NCBI GenBank assembly: GCA_963804995.1
Contig: CAWDSK010000001.1
Span: 544,001 to 608,000 of the forward strand
Length of the DNA stretch: 64,000 nucleotides
From: an uncultured Acidobacteriota bacterium
Lineage (GTDB): Bacteria; Acidobacteriota; Terriglobia; UBA7540
Direction: 5' to 3'
Within the stretch, counting starts at the first letter, position 1. The number at the start of each line of letters is the position of its first letter. The notes beneath the pieces are model-generated. The model had not been told where the DNA came from and searched no databases. It saw only the letters and a list, made by a program, of their open reading frames with translations. Below, piece by piece: positions 20,631 through 29,695 of the stretch. The translations under genes were made by a program, and so were the position numbers.

Positions 20631-22649
20631 ATGGCACCCGGCTGGTTGGTCGTGTTGCTGAGCGTAGCCTGGCTGGCGTCCTGGCCGCCTGACGCCCGCC
20701 CACAGACTTCGCTACGAGCTGCCACTGATAGAATCACCTACAACGTAGGAGAGCAAGTCTGGCTCCAAATTATTCCCCCTTCGCCCGAGGAAGTTCGCAC
20801 GCTGGATAGCTATCTCTTCACAGTACGTTATGAGGGGGAAGGAAAACCACTGGTAGATGGGTTGCGGCTCGGAGAGAAGGTACCGCCTTCTTCTTCGCCT
20901 TCCTCAAGCTATCGGTTGCTTTGGAAGGTCCCTCTCGACGCCCGGACGGGAAGGTACGACATCGATTTGCGGGTGCGAGATCCCAAGTCGCCCCAGGTCA
21001 TTCAGGATAATCCCCGCGTCTGTTCCTTCGTGGTCACTCGCCAGGTGGTTCAAATTATCTCTGCCGAAGTCGGCAAGTTCTACTACACGTCGGGTGATGC
21101 AATAAGCTGTGATATGAAGCTCGAAAACCGCAGTGAGCAGCTTCTTGATGGACTCCGCCTCGAATTCTCCGAGCGTTATTGGCCGTGGATTGTTCAGCAA
21201 ACGGAGAAAGTGGGAACGACCATCAAGACCCTGAAAGAAGACATCAAGCTCGAACCGCACCAGCGGATGAGCTTAGGCTCCACGCACTGCACCGAGGCGA
21301 AAGGCGGAAATGAGCCGGCGATCAAACAGTACGCCGCAGTGGTCTGGGACCGCGACCGCAAGAACGTCTATGCCATTGCCTTCACCCCGCTGGTCTTTGT
21401 CAATCCACCTGGAGCGGATGCGCCGCGGCCTTACCCCGGGCAATACATTTACCCAAAGCTGGATGCGGTCAACACCTCGAGCTATCGGCAGTTTCATTCT
21501 GAATCCTTCGGTGCAGGCGCCATTCAGTTTGATACCCACCATACCCTGTTCCCTTCGGGGGCCGAAGCCACCGTGAAATTTTCATTGTTAAACCCGACGG
21601 ACTCCGTGTGGCAGCAAGTCTCCGTGCACGGGCGCCTGACTGGCCCTGATGGAAAAGAGCAGGTGAATACGGTGGTCGCAGAGCACATCGACCTTGACGC
21701 GCACGGCCCGCCACTGACGCAGGAAGTAAAGTTCAGCCTGCCGGCCGACGCGAGCGGGCTCTACCATGCTTGGGTTGAGGTAACCGCTGCCTCCGGGCAA
21801 AGGCTCGCCTCCAACGAACTCGAACTCGGCGTCAATCCGCTTCCCAGGTCCGCCCTCGTCTTTTGCGCGCACGAGGATGACGATGGAACCCAAATGGGTT
21901 TCATTCGCGCCTTAGTCGAAAACCACATCCCTCTCCAAGTGATCTACTTTACCAGTGGCGATGCAGGCTCCTGCGATCGCTACTACGAGCATTCCTGCGG
22001 CCCGGCCGAGGCGCTGAACTTCGGGGCTATCCGCATGGATGAAGCCCGCGCCGCACTGGGGCACCTCGGCGTACCGCGTGAAAATATTCTCTTTCTGGGT
22101 CTGCCCGATGGGGGTTCGGGCAAGATCTGGTATGACCACCTACGATCGTCGGATCCCTATCTTTCCATTCAGCTCGCGAGCAGTCATGCACCCTACGAAG
22201 GTCTCTTCCGGCCCAATCTGCCTTTCGCCCGGCAGAGCGTCGTCGACGCGGCCGCGGAGATCATCAAGAAGTTTCAGCCTGATGTTGTCTTTACGGTGCA
22301 CCCGCCTGCGCAAGGCCACATCGACCACATCGTGAACAACTATTTTGTGGTGAAGGCGCTGCAACAATTGTGGCGCGAGGGCGCCATCTCGCCCAACCTT
22401 GAAGTGCGCGTGGACCGCATCTTCAGCCCTGAGGGTTATCCAGCTACTCCCTATCACTATGAGGATCACACCTTCCATGTCTCGGGTGAAGCCATGGCGC
22501 TGGCACAGGAGGCCGGATGGTATTATCAATCACAGGGAGGCAACAAAGGGCAAGGCAACATTCGCACCTGGAATAAACTGTCCCGCAGCGAAGGCTATCG
22601 CAAGGTGTTAGACTGGAAGGAGCACGAAGGCTGGAATGAGAGACCGTGA
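20631..22649 (+). CDS. Secreted PIG-L family deacetylase with large N-terminal beta-rich domains
   Basis: AHEDD, TSGDAG, LGLPDG, HIDH motifs in the C-terminal third; signal peptide. Start could be 20568. Confidence 0.82.
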   Translation: MAPGWLVVLLSVAWLASWPPDARPQTSLRAATDRITYNVGEQVWLQIIPPSPEEVRTLDSYLFTVRYEGEGKPLVDGLRLGEKVPPSSSPSSSYRLLWKVPLDARTGRYDIDLRVRDPKSPQVIQDNPRVCSFVVTRQVVQIISAEVGKFYYTSGDAISCDMKLENRSEQLLDGLRLEFSERYWPWIVQQTEKVGTTIKTLKEDIKLEPHQRMSLGSTHCTEAKGGNEPAIKQYAAVVWDRDRKNVYAIAFTPLVFVNPPGADAPRPYPGQYIYPKLDAVNTSSYRQFHSESFGAGAIQFDTHHTLFPSGAEATVKFSLLNPTDSVWQQVSVHGRLTGPDGKEQVNTVVAEHIDLDAHGPPLTQEVKFSLPADASGLYHAWVEVTAASGQRLASNELELGVNPLPRSALVFCAHEDDDGTQMGFIRALVENHIPLQVIYFTSGDAGSCDRYYEHSCGPAEALNFGAIRMDEARAALGHLGVPRENILFLGLPDGGSGKIWYDHLRSSDPYLSIQLASSHAPYEGLFRPNLPFARQSVVDAAAEIIKKFQPDVVFTVHPPAQGHIDHIVNNYFVVKALQQLWREGAISPNLEVRVDRIFSPEGYPATPYHYEDHTFHVSGEAMALAQEAGWYYQSQGGNKGQGNIRTWNKLSRSEGYRKVLDWKEHEGWNERP

Positions 22650-22652
22650 ATT

Positions 22653-23309
22653 ATGGAAACGCCGCGAGAGTGGGCGAGGAGATATGACCGCCAAGCGATG
22701 AACGAGGAAGCTGATTCGCAAAACCCGAATGCTGAAGCGCTGGACGCGGCCGTTCAGGCTTCGGAATTTCCTACCGAGCCGTTCCCCTGCCCGGCGTGCG
22801 GCCAGTTGCTTGCCCCCACGTGTCGTGTGTGCGTAGCTTGCCGGCACGCCATCGATCCCGCCGAAATCGCCAAGCCGCAGGAGGTCGCAGCGGTGATGGC
22901 TCCTCGACCGGCTGCGGAAGTCAAGCCAGCACCCGTGCGCTACCCTTGGGTTCTTTTCTTTGCCGTGCTAGGGATTTCCTTCCTTCTTGCCCAGACCTTT
23001 CTCGAATTCTGGGACCTTCAAAAGACTCAGCTCGCGATGGGGGGAATCCAGGCCCTGGCCGGGATCTGGGTGTTCTTCGATGCTCTCCGTCAGCGCCTTC
23101 CTCGACCACTGCGCTGGGGATTGGGCACGATGATATTGCCCGTCATCATTTTCCCCTGGTACCTGGCACGCCGAAGAGCGCCGCAGTCACGAGTCCCTTT
23201 CGTCGAAGCGGAAGTAGGGCCGGTCACCCGATTCCTGTCTTTCGCCTTGGTTGTCTTCTTTCTGCTGAGCGTGATTCTTTATTTTGTGCAGGGGCCGCCA
23301 CCCAAGTAG
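22653..23309 (+). CDS. Membrane protein with N-terminal zinc ribbon
   Basis: CPACG...CRVCVAC followed by four hydrophobic segments. Confidence 0.65.
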   Translation: METPREWARRYDRQAMNEEADSQNPNAEALDAAVQASEFPTEPFPCPACGQLLAPTCRVCVACRHAIDPAEIAKPQEVAAVMAPRPAAEVKPAPVRYPWVLFFAVLGISFLLAQTFLEFWDLQKTQLAMGGIQALAGIWVFFDALRQRLPRPLRWGLGTMILPVIIFPWYLARRRAPQSRVPFVEAEVGPVTRFLSFALVVFFLLSVILYFVQGPPPK

Positions 23310-23461
23310 CAAACAGGCTTACCTATCTCCAAACTAAGGACAGCGCCTGGTTAGCGGTAGTGGTGCAGTTTGCCGCCGGAGTGACTGATTTCAGCGTGGG
23401 CCGGGTTCGCGGCGAAGATGGGGCCCTACTTCCCTCAATTCATCCCCCGCAACTATAAAGC

Positions 23462-23491
23462 TTGACAATACGCTTTAATGATTGGTATAAT
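23462..23491 (+). promoter_or_regulatory. Consensus sigma70 promoter
   Basis: TTGACA-N18-TATAAT with TG in the extended -10 position. Confidence 0.65.
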
Positions 23492-23770
23492 CCGGCTGCG
23501 CCGACTTTCGGAAGGACTTGGCGTGGAGCGCACCATAGGGAGGCACGCGGTGAAGCCTAAATATGAGACCGAAAACGCACCGTCTGACCCCTTCATTCTT
23601 AGCCGACAATGTGTCGCTGGATGCCCAAAACGCCCAAAGCTGAGAACATGTTGAAAACAAAGCGCGTCGACTCGCGTTTTCTGTTTGCCAAAGCTGAGAG
23701 GTTATTGAAAACAAATACGGTTAGCAAAGATATGAAAAATGGTAAAACAGGATGACAATATGTCTATTGA

Positions 23771-23879
23771 AGTGTCCGGGAAATGGCTCGACAAATGCTT
23801 TGGCCGTAGCGCCAGCATCCTGCCGGCAAATGCCCCGATGGATCGGGGCGCTACGATGTCCAGTTAATTACCGGACACT
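23771..23879. repeat. MITE-like element with an internal GTAG REP
   Basis: Terminal inverted repeats AGTGTCCGG/CCGGACACT enclose GTAGCGCC...GGCGCTAC. Confidence 0.55.
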
Positions 23880-25014
23880 ACACTAGCGCCCCATCCGACG
23901 CCTGGCAAATATAGACCTCGGCCTTAAGGCCTAGCGCTTCCTCGTAACCCTTCGCGACCGAGTGTGCGAATGCCTCCGCCGCGCCCTCGCGGACCAGGTT
24001 AACCGTACACCCGCCAAACCCCGCTCCAGTCATGCGCGCTCCCAGCACGCCGGGTTGCTTCCATGCCAACTCAACAAGGGTATCGAGCTCCTTGGAACTG
24101 ACTTCATAATCATCCCGCAAGCTCACATGGGATTGATTCATCAATTCGCCGAAGCGTTCCAGGTTGCCGCCTTCGAGAACCTTGACGGCCTCCAGCACGC
24201 GCTCGTTCTCCGAAACCACATGGTGGGCGCGGCGAAAGAGCAATTCGTCCAGAACACCGCGCGCCGCCACTAAATCCGAGAGTTCTACATCGCGCAGCGA
24301 CTTGACCGCGAGGCCGGTGCTCGCGATCTGGGCAACAGACTGGCGGCACTGTTTTAACCGTACCTCGTATTCCGATTGCGCCAGAGCGCGCTTGACCCCG
24401 GAATTGCAGACCACAATTTTCACATCGGCCCGGAGCGGCACGTGGCGATACGTGAGGCTACGGCAATCGAGAAACAGGGCGTGATCCCGCCGGCCGAGCG
24501 CCGAAATAAACTGGTCCATGATTCCGCAAGGCACTCCCACAAATTCGTTTTCGGTGCGGCGCGCGAGCTTGACGACATAGACAGGATCGAGCCCCAGGTT
24601 CAGGAGTTTGTTCCAGAATGTCGTGGCGCCCACTTCCACTGCGGCGGAGGAACTGAGCCCTGCCTCGCGCGGCACGTCGCCCCCGAAGGCGATGTCCGCA
24701 CCGGTCAGGTGATGGCCATCTTCTTCCAGGAACTTCGATACGCCGCGGAGAAAATTGCTCCAGGAGTGCTGCCTGTCTTTCTGAATGTCATCGAGGCTGA
24801 ACTCAACGGAGGCTTGGAAGTCGGTGGAGTAAGCGCGCACGCGGCGGTCCGCGCGGCGGCGGCCCACATAGGTGATGGCGCGGTCGATGGCGGCGGGAAG
24901 CACAAAGCCGTCGTTGTAATCCGTGTGCTCGCCAATCAGGTTGACGCGCCCCGGCGCGCGCACCACCGCATCCGGCAGTGAGCCGAACATTTGTTGGAAG
25001 GTTTGTTCAATCAT
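23878..25014 (-). CDS. galK: Galactokinase
   Basis: APGRVNLIGEHTDYNDG, GLSSSAA, CGIMDQ, GARMTGAGFGG. Confidence 0.97.
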   Translation of the reverse strand: MIEQTFQQMFGSLPDAVVRAPGRVNLIGEHTDYNDGFVLPAAIDRAITYVGRRRADRRVRAYSTDFQASVEFSLDDIQKDRQHSWSNFLRGVSKFLEEDGHHLTGADIAFGGDVPREAGLSSSAAVEVGATTFWNKLLNLGLDPVYVVKLARRTENEFVGVPCGIMDQFISALGRRDHALFLDCRSLTYRHVPLRADVKIVVCNSGVKRALAQSEYEVRLKQCRQSVAQIASTGLAVKSLRDVELSDLVAARGVLDELLFRRAHHVVSENERVLEAVKVLEGGNLERFGELMNQSHVSLRDDYEVSSKELDTLVELAWKQPGVLGARMTGAGFGGCTVNLVREGAAEAFAHSVAKGYEEALGLKAEVYICQASDGALV

Positions 25015-25028
25015 CACTCAATCCTCCC

Positions 25029-25251
25029 AGGCAGAAGGCAGTAGGCAGAAAGCAGAAGGCAGAAGGCGGCAAGCAGAAAGCATTGCTACGCCGCCCCTTG
25101 AGAAGATGGTGCGAATCTTTCAGGATGTTCGATCATTGCCAGATCAGGCCTTATATCTTTCAAAGGACCTCCTGAAGATCGAAGTCTTCCGGTTTGTGCT
25201 TTCTGCTTTCCGCCTTCTGCTTTCTGCCTACTGCCTTCCGCCTACTGCCTT
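25029..25251. repeat. Inverted pair of heptamer tandem arrays (GCAGAAG/GCAGAAA-type)
   Basis: 25029-25082 repeats GCAGAAG variants; 25197-25251 is the reverse-complement array. Confidence 0.85.
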
Positions 25252-26218
25252 CCTCCAGCTTCTCCCGCTTCAACGGCGGGACCGCCCGCAACTCCGCTGC
25301 TTTCGCTTCCGCCAGCGAATCATTCAGAAAGGTCCCCCCGCCGGTTTCCACGCTGGCCAGGTACTTAAGCTTGTCCTTGCTGCGGTGAGGTGGATAGAAC
25401 TCGATGTGGAAATGGTAGTAGGGATGCGCCCCCCGTGTGGGGGCCTGATGCAGGAGCATCATGTACGGGAACGACATATGAAAAAGGTTGTCATACTTCA
25501 AAGTCACCCACTTCAATATCTCGGCAAGCGCCTGGTCTTCTGAGGGGCGGAATGCCTCCAGCGTTCCCAGATGGCGGCGCGCGAAAATGTGAACTTCATA
25601 CGGCCAACGCGCGTAGAAGGGGATGAACGCCGTGAAGTCTGCGTTCTCCGCGATGATGCGCTGTCCGTTGCGACGCTCTTTCTTCAAGATATCGCAATAC
25701 AGGCAGCGTTTATGAGTGCGCTGGTGGGCGCGAGCGACGGCCAGCGCTTTCTGCATCCTCGGCGGGATTAGCGGAAACGCGTAAATCTGCCCATGGGGAT
25801 GCGGCATGGTGACCCCAATCACCGCGCCCTTATTTTCGAATATCAAGACATAGCGAATGCCCGGCGTGGCTTTGAGCTCCAGGAAGCGCTTCCGCCAGAG
25901 CCGCACGAGTTTGACGATGTGATCGATGGGAAGTTGCGGCAGAGAGGCATGATGATCTGGGTGGTAGAGCACCACGTCACACTTGCCGTGGCACGGGCGA
26001 ACCCTATAGAAATCGTCGCCTTCGATTGACGGCTTCGGGGCGGGGATGGAGAAGGCCGGGAAATCGTTGGGATAGATCAAAACGTCGTAGTTGTCGGGGA
26101 CGCGTCCGGAGCCCGGGCAGAAAGGGCACCAATCCTTGGGCATCTGGGGACGGCCCTGGCGATGTGAGGCGGTTGCAACCCATTCACGGACGGTAGGATT
26201 CCAGCGCAGTTCGCTCAT
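25160..26218 (-). CDS. galT: Galactose-1-phosphate uridylyltransferase
   Basis: CPFCPG, PNDFPA, FENKG, HPHGQ. Confidence 0.96.
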   Translation of the reverse strand: MSELRWNPTVREWVATASHRQGRPQMPKDWCPFCPGSGRVPDNYDVLIYPNDFPAFSIPAPKPSIEGDDFYRVRPCHGKCDVVLYHPDHHASLPQLPIDHIVKLVRLWRKRFLELKATPGIRYVLIFENKGAVIGVTMPHPHGQIYAFPLIPPRMQKALAVARAHQRTHKRCLYCDILKKERRNGQRIIAENADFTAFIPFYARWPYEVHIFARRHLGTLEAFRPSEDQALAEILKWVTLKYDNLFHMSFPYMMLLHQAPTRGAHPYYHFHIEFYPPHRSKDKLKYLASVETGGGTFLNDSLAEAKAAELRAVPPLKREKLEEGSRRKAVGRKQKAESRKHKPEDFDLQEVL

Positions 26219-26424
26219 GGTTCACTACGATGCGAAGCTCGGTACGCCAGCGCCCCCATGAAAAGTCCAAAAACCAACATCGCCAAGCCCCACCACAGAT
26301 CGATGTTCACTCCCAGCGACTTCTCACGAAAGATGGAAGGGTCCGCAACCGCCCCGTAAGACATCATGATGAGACCGTAAATCGAAAAGATAATTCCAAT
26401 CGGCCAGCGAATATCTAATCCCAT
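26215..26424 (-). CDS. Small two-TM membrane protein associated with the SSS transporter
   Basis: LDIRWPIG...NIDLWWG; 4-bp overlap with galT. Confidence 0.75.
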   Translation of the reverse strand: MGLDIRWPIGIIFSIYGLIMMSYGAVADPSIFREKSLGVNIDLWWGLAMLVFGLFMGALAYRASHRSEP

Positions 26425-26430
26425 CGTCTC

Positions 26431-28071
26431 CTACCAGAAGATAATATTTAAAACCACGCAGAGCGCCAGAATGCCAATCGCCAGGATCCCCGGCCGCTCG
26501 TACCAGGGAAGGTGCGAGGTCTTGGGCCTGGGAGTCATCGAATAAACCAGACCGACCAGGTCCTCTTCTTTCTTGGGGGCGGTGAATGAGCTGACCACGA
26601 GCGTGACCACGAAACAGACGCCAAACGCCCACATGGCTTGATAGAAATTGTTGGCCATGGCCTGGGCGTTGGGATAATGGAAAACATTGAAATAGAGCAG
26701 GGCATAATGAGTGGCGGCGGTCAGGATCCCCGACAGCAATCCCCAGAACCCTGCCGTGGGCGTGGCGCGTTTCCAGAACATCCCCAGCAGGAACGTAGCA
26801 AAGAGCGGCGCGTTGAAGAAGGCAAAAAGGAGCTGGAGATAGTCCATGAGGTTGTTGAACATCAGGACGATGAATGCGGTTCCTATGCCCACCGATACGG
26901 CAAAAATCGTGGCCAGCTTGCCCATGCGCAGGTAGTGGGCATCGGGCTTGCCTGGGTTGACGTGCGTTTGGTAAATGTCGAATGTCCAAACCGTGTTGAA
27001 GGCCGTCACGTTCCCTGCCATGCCTGACATGAAACTGGCCAGCAGCGCCGTCAGACCGATGCCCAGCAGGCCAGAGGGATAAAAGCTGCCGAGCATCGTG
27101 GGCAGCGCCTGGTTGTAATTGTAATCGTGCGTCGCAGGGTCCCAGAGCAGTTGTCGGATGGGCCCGTAGGAGATCGCCACCAAGCCAGGCAGTACCACCA
27201 TCAAGGGAAAGAACATCTTGGGGACCGCGGCGATCAGAGGTGTGCGCTGAGCGGAGGCCATGTCCTTGGCCGCCAGTCCCCGCTGCACGACCAGGAAGTC
27301 TGTGCACCAGTAGCCGAATGACAATACGAATCCCAACCCAAAGATGGTGCCAATCCAATTCACGCCCATGGGGTTCTGGTTCGAATGCCAGATGTTCGCC
27401 CAGGTGTGCGCGTAGCCCGGGTATGGCAACGTCGAGAGCTTGGCGTCCAATCCCGCGAATCCACCCACGGCCTTCAAGCCCAGAATGGCCAGCGGCAGGA
27501 AGCCGAAGACGATCAGGAAGAATTGCAGGACCTCGTTGTAGATTGAGGATGTGAGGCCGCCGAGATAGATATAGATTGCCACCACTACTGCCGACGCCAC
27601 CACACTCGCCCAGAAGGGCCAATTGAGCAGGCGCTCAAAGAGGATCGCCATCGCGTAGAGGTCTACACCCGAGACCAGCAGGGTCATGAACGCGAACGAA
27701 AGGGCGTTGAGGGTGCGAGTCTTCTCATCGTACCGCTTGCGCAGGAATTCGGGCACGCTGCGTACTTTGCTGCCGTAATAGAACGGCATCATGAAGACGC
27801 CCACAAAACACATGGCAGGCATCGCAGCAAGCCAATAAAAGTGATTGACGAACATGCCGTATTTGGCGGCGTTGGCGGCGTGGCCCATCACTTCCAGCGC
27901 CCCGAGGTTCGCGGACATGAAAGCCAGGCCGGTGATCCAGCCGGGAATCGAGCGGCCCGAGAGGAAAAAGTCCTCGCTGGTCTTCATTCGCCCGCGCAGG
28001 GAGAATCCGATCCCTAAAACAAACCCGAAGTAGATGGCGATAATCGCGTAGTCAACAAAATGAGGATGCAT
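26431..28071 (-). CDS. Sodium:solute symporter (probable sugar/galactose)
   Basis: DFFLSGRS, SANLGALE, YWCTDFLVVQR; upstream of galT/galK. Confidence 0.93.
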   Translation of the reverse strand: MHPHFVDYAIIAIYFGFVLGIGFSLRGRMKTSEDFFLSGRSIPGWITGLAFMSANLGALEVMGHAANAAKYGMFVNHFYWLAAMPAMCFVGVFMMPFYYGSKVRSVPEFLRKRYDEKTRTLNALSFAFMTLLVSGVDLYAMAILFERLLNWPFWASVVASAVVVAIYIYLGGLTSSIYNEVLQFFLIVFGFLPLAILGLKAVGGFAGLDAKLSTLPYPGYAHTWANIWHSNQNPMGVNWIGTIFGLGFVLSFGYWCTDFLVVQRGLAAKDMASAQRTPLIAAVPKMFFPLMVVLPGLVAISYGPIRQLLWDPATHDYNYNQALPTMLGSFYPSGLLGIGLTALLASFMSGMAGNVTAFNTVWTFDIYQTHVNPGKPDAHYLRMGKLATIFAVSVGIGTAFIVLMFNNLMDYLQLLFAFFNAPLFATFLLGMFWKRATPTAGFWGLLSGILTAATHYALLYFNVFHYPNAQAMANNFYQAMWAFGVCFVVTLVVSSFTAPKKEEDLVGLVYSMTPRPKTSHLPWYERPGILAIGILALCVVLNIIFW

Positions 28072-28411
28072 AGATTCCTTCCGGTCCGCGCATACTTATC
28101 ACAGGGCACCCCAAATGTAAACGGAAGCCGCGATGTTTCTCATTTTTGTTTTGAGGAGTTTTGAGAAGGCGGGATCGTTCCTCTGTGCGGCCGGGAGGTT
28201 AGGTTGCAGAGGACGCCTATCGGGGTTGACCTCAGCGGGCCTTGTCTTTATTTGGCACCGCAATTCGGATCGATGCCTATGGCCCGGCCCCTTTATCGCT
28301 ACGGCGACCGAAGGGGCGAGTTAGTTCAATCCACATACCCTTGACCTCTGGGGAAAGAGGGAGACGCTCAAGCCCCGGCCATCACTCCCGGATCAGAGTC
28401 GTCTGCCGGCG

Positions 28412-28963
28412 TTACGCGCTCGCAGCTTTCCAGCCCGACCGCTCACGCAGAGAAGTAATGTGCGCCACGTGATGTTTCCCGTGCCAGGCGTAAAGGGCTA
28501 GGTATTTTTCGAGCGTTACGCGCCCCATTTCCGGATGTTTCAAGGCCCGCGCAAAATCTTCCGCCCGAAGGGATTTCAACAGCATTACCCAACGCGCATG
28601 CAGGGTTTCAAGCAGCGTCAATGAGATTTCCGCCGGGGCGGTGCGCGCGTCCGCCAACTCTGCCCAGCGGCTTTCCTGGTAGGTCTTGACAGGCGGCTCA
28701 TCTTCGGTCAGCCCCAGCCGGAAGCGCACGTAAGCATTCAAGTGGCTGTCAGGCAAGTGATGCACCACTTGCCGTACCGTCCAGCCGCCGGGCCGATAGG
28801 GCGTATCGAGTTGCGCCTCACTCAGCCCCGCCACCGCAGCCCGCAACCGTGCCGGAGTCTGTTCGATTTCATGGATCCACTCACGCCGCTCCGCTTCACT
28901 CGCCAGCAACCCTTCACCACTGCGATTCCAAGTGAACTTCCCGATAGGATATTGTAGGTCCAT
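28412..28963 (-). CDS. YfiT/BstA-like DinB family thiol transferase
   Basis: DLQYPIGKF, YRPGGWTVRQVVHHLPDSH, YAWHGKHH. Confidence 0.9.
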   Translation of the reverse strand: MDLQYPIGKFTWNRSGEGLLASEAERREWIHEIEQTPARLRAAVAGLSEAQLDTPYRPGGWTVRQVVHHLPDSHLNAYVRFRLGLTEDEPPVKTYQESRWAELADARTAPAEISLTLLETLHARWVMLLKSLRAEDFARALKHPEMGRVTLEKYLALYAWHGKHHVAHITSLRERSGWKAASA

Positions 28964-29135
28964 GTCACCCTCCCGTTCAGCATGAATGCTTATTCGATGC
29001 ATTCCGCAGCCGACCGGTTCCGATTTCTTACTGCCAGCCCCGCGCCCTTTCGCATGCGCGGTAAGATTCTATCTTGCAGCGGCCAATGCCACCCGCGCAA
29101 GACACGCATTGACGGCATATCCAGGAACCTGTACG

Positions 29136-29540
29136 ATGGTAGTCAAAGCACACAGGGCTGCCATTACCAGGGTTCGAATCATAGCGGGCGAGCCGGCTCG
29201 GGAGAACGAAGTGCCGCCAAGACGAGCAGTTCGGGTTCGATCGAGAGCTGTCACGCATGTGGGCTTTATTGGGACTGACCAGAAATTCACTGCCCCCTTG
29301 CTGGAATTCAGCCCCTTTGGGCTTTCCGTCAAAAGTTCGCGTGAGACCAAAAAAGGCACAATTTTCAAGGTGGGCATTCAGGTTGGCGCTGACTACTTCC
29401 GTGCTTCCGCCATCTGCCGCGCGCAGTTTCCCGGCGGGTTCGCGGTGGAATTCCTTTCTATGACTCCCATGGACCGCGAAATGATGCGCCGACTTTACCT
29501 GCGTCTGCAAATAATTGAACGTGAATCAAATGCGGGGTGA
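29136..29540 (+). CDS. PilZ domain protein
   Basis: RRAVR (RxxxR) and EFSPFG (D/NxSxxG-like), GFAVEF; start uncertain. Confidence 0.65.
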   Translation: MVVKAHRAAITRVRIIAGEPARENEVPPRRAVRVRSRAVTHVGFIGTDQKFTAPLLEFSPFGLSVKSSRETKKGTIFKVGIQVGADYFRASAICRAQFPGGFAVEFLSMTPMDREMMRRLYLRLQIIERESNAG

Positions 29541-29695
29541 TCTCGCGGAATATACGTGGGACAACGCCCGCTACAGCCCGCTACGGGCAACAAGTGGGAC
29601 GGCTCTCGTCCGGGTGTCCCATCTCTCGCGAGGAACCCCGAGCAGGTTGAAGCTTCAAATCCTCAGACTATTTGCCCCTTAATCCTGCCCTGCAA

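Noticed and set aside
23634..23715. Repeats containing TTGAAAAC as a possible CRISPR array
   Set aside because: Only two imperfect copies, a 26-bp gap, and no cas genes in the window.
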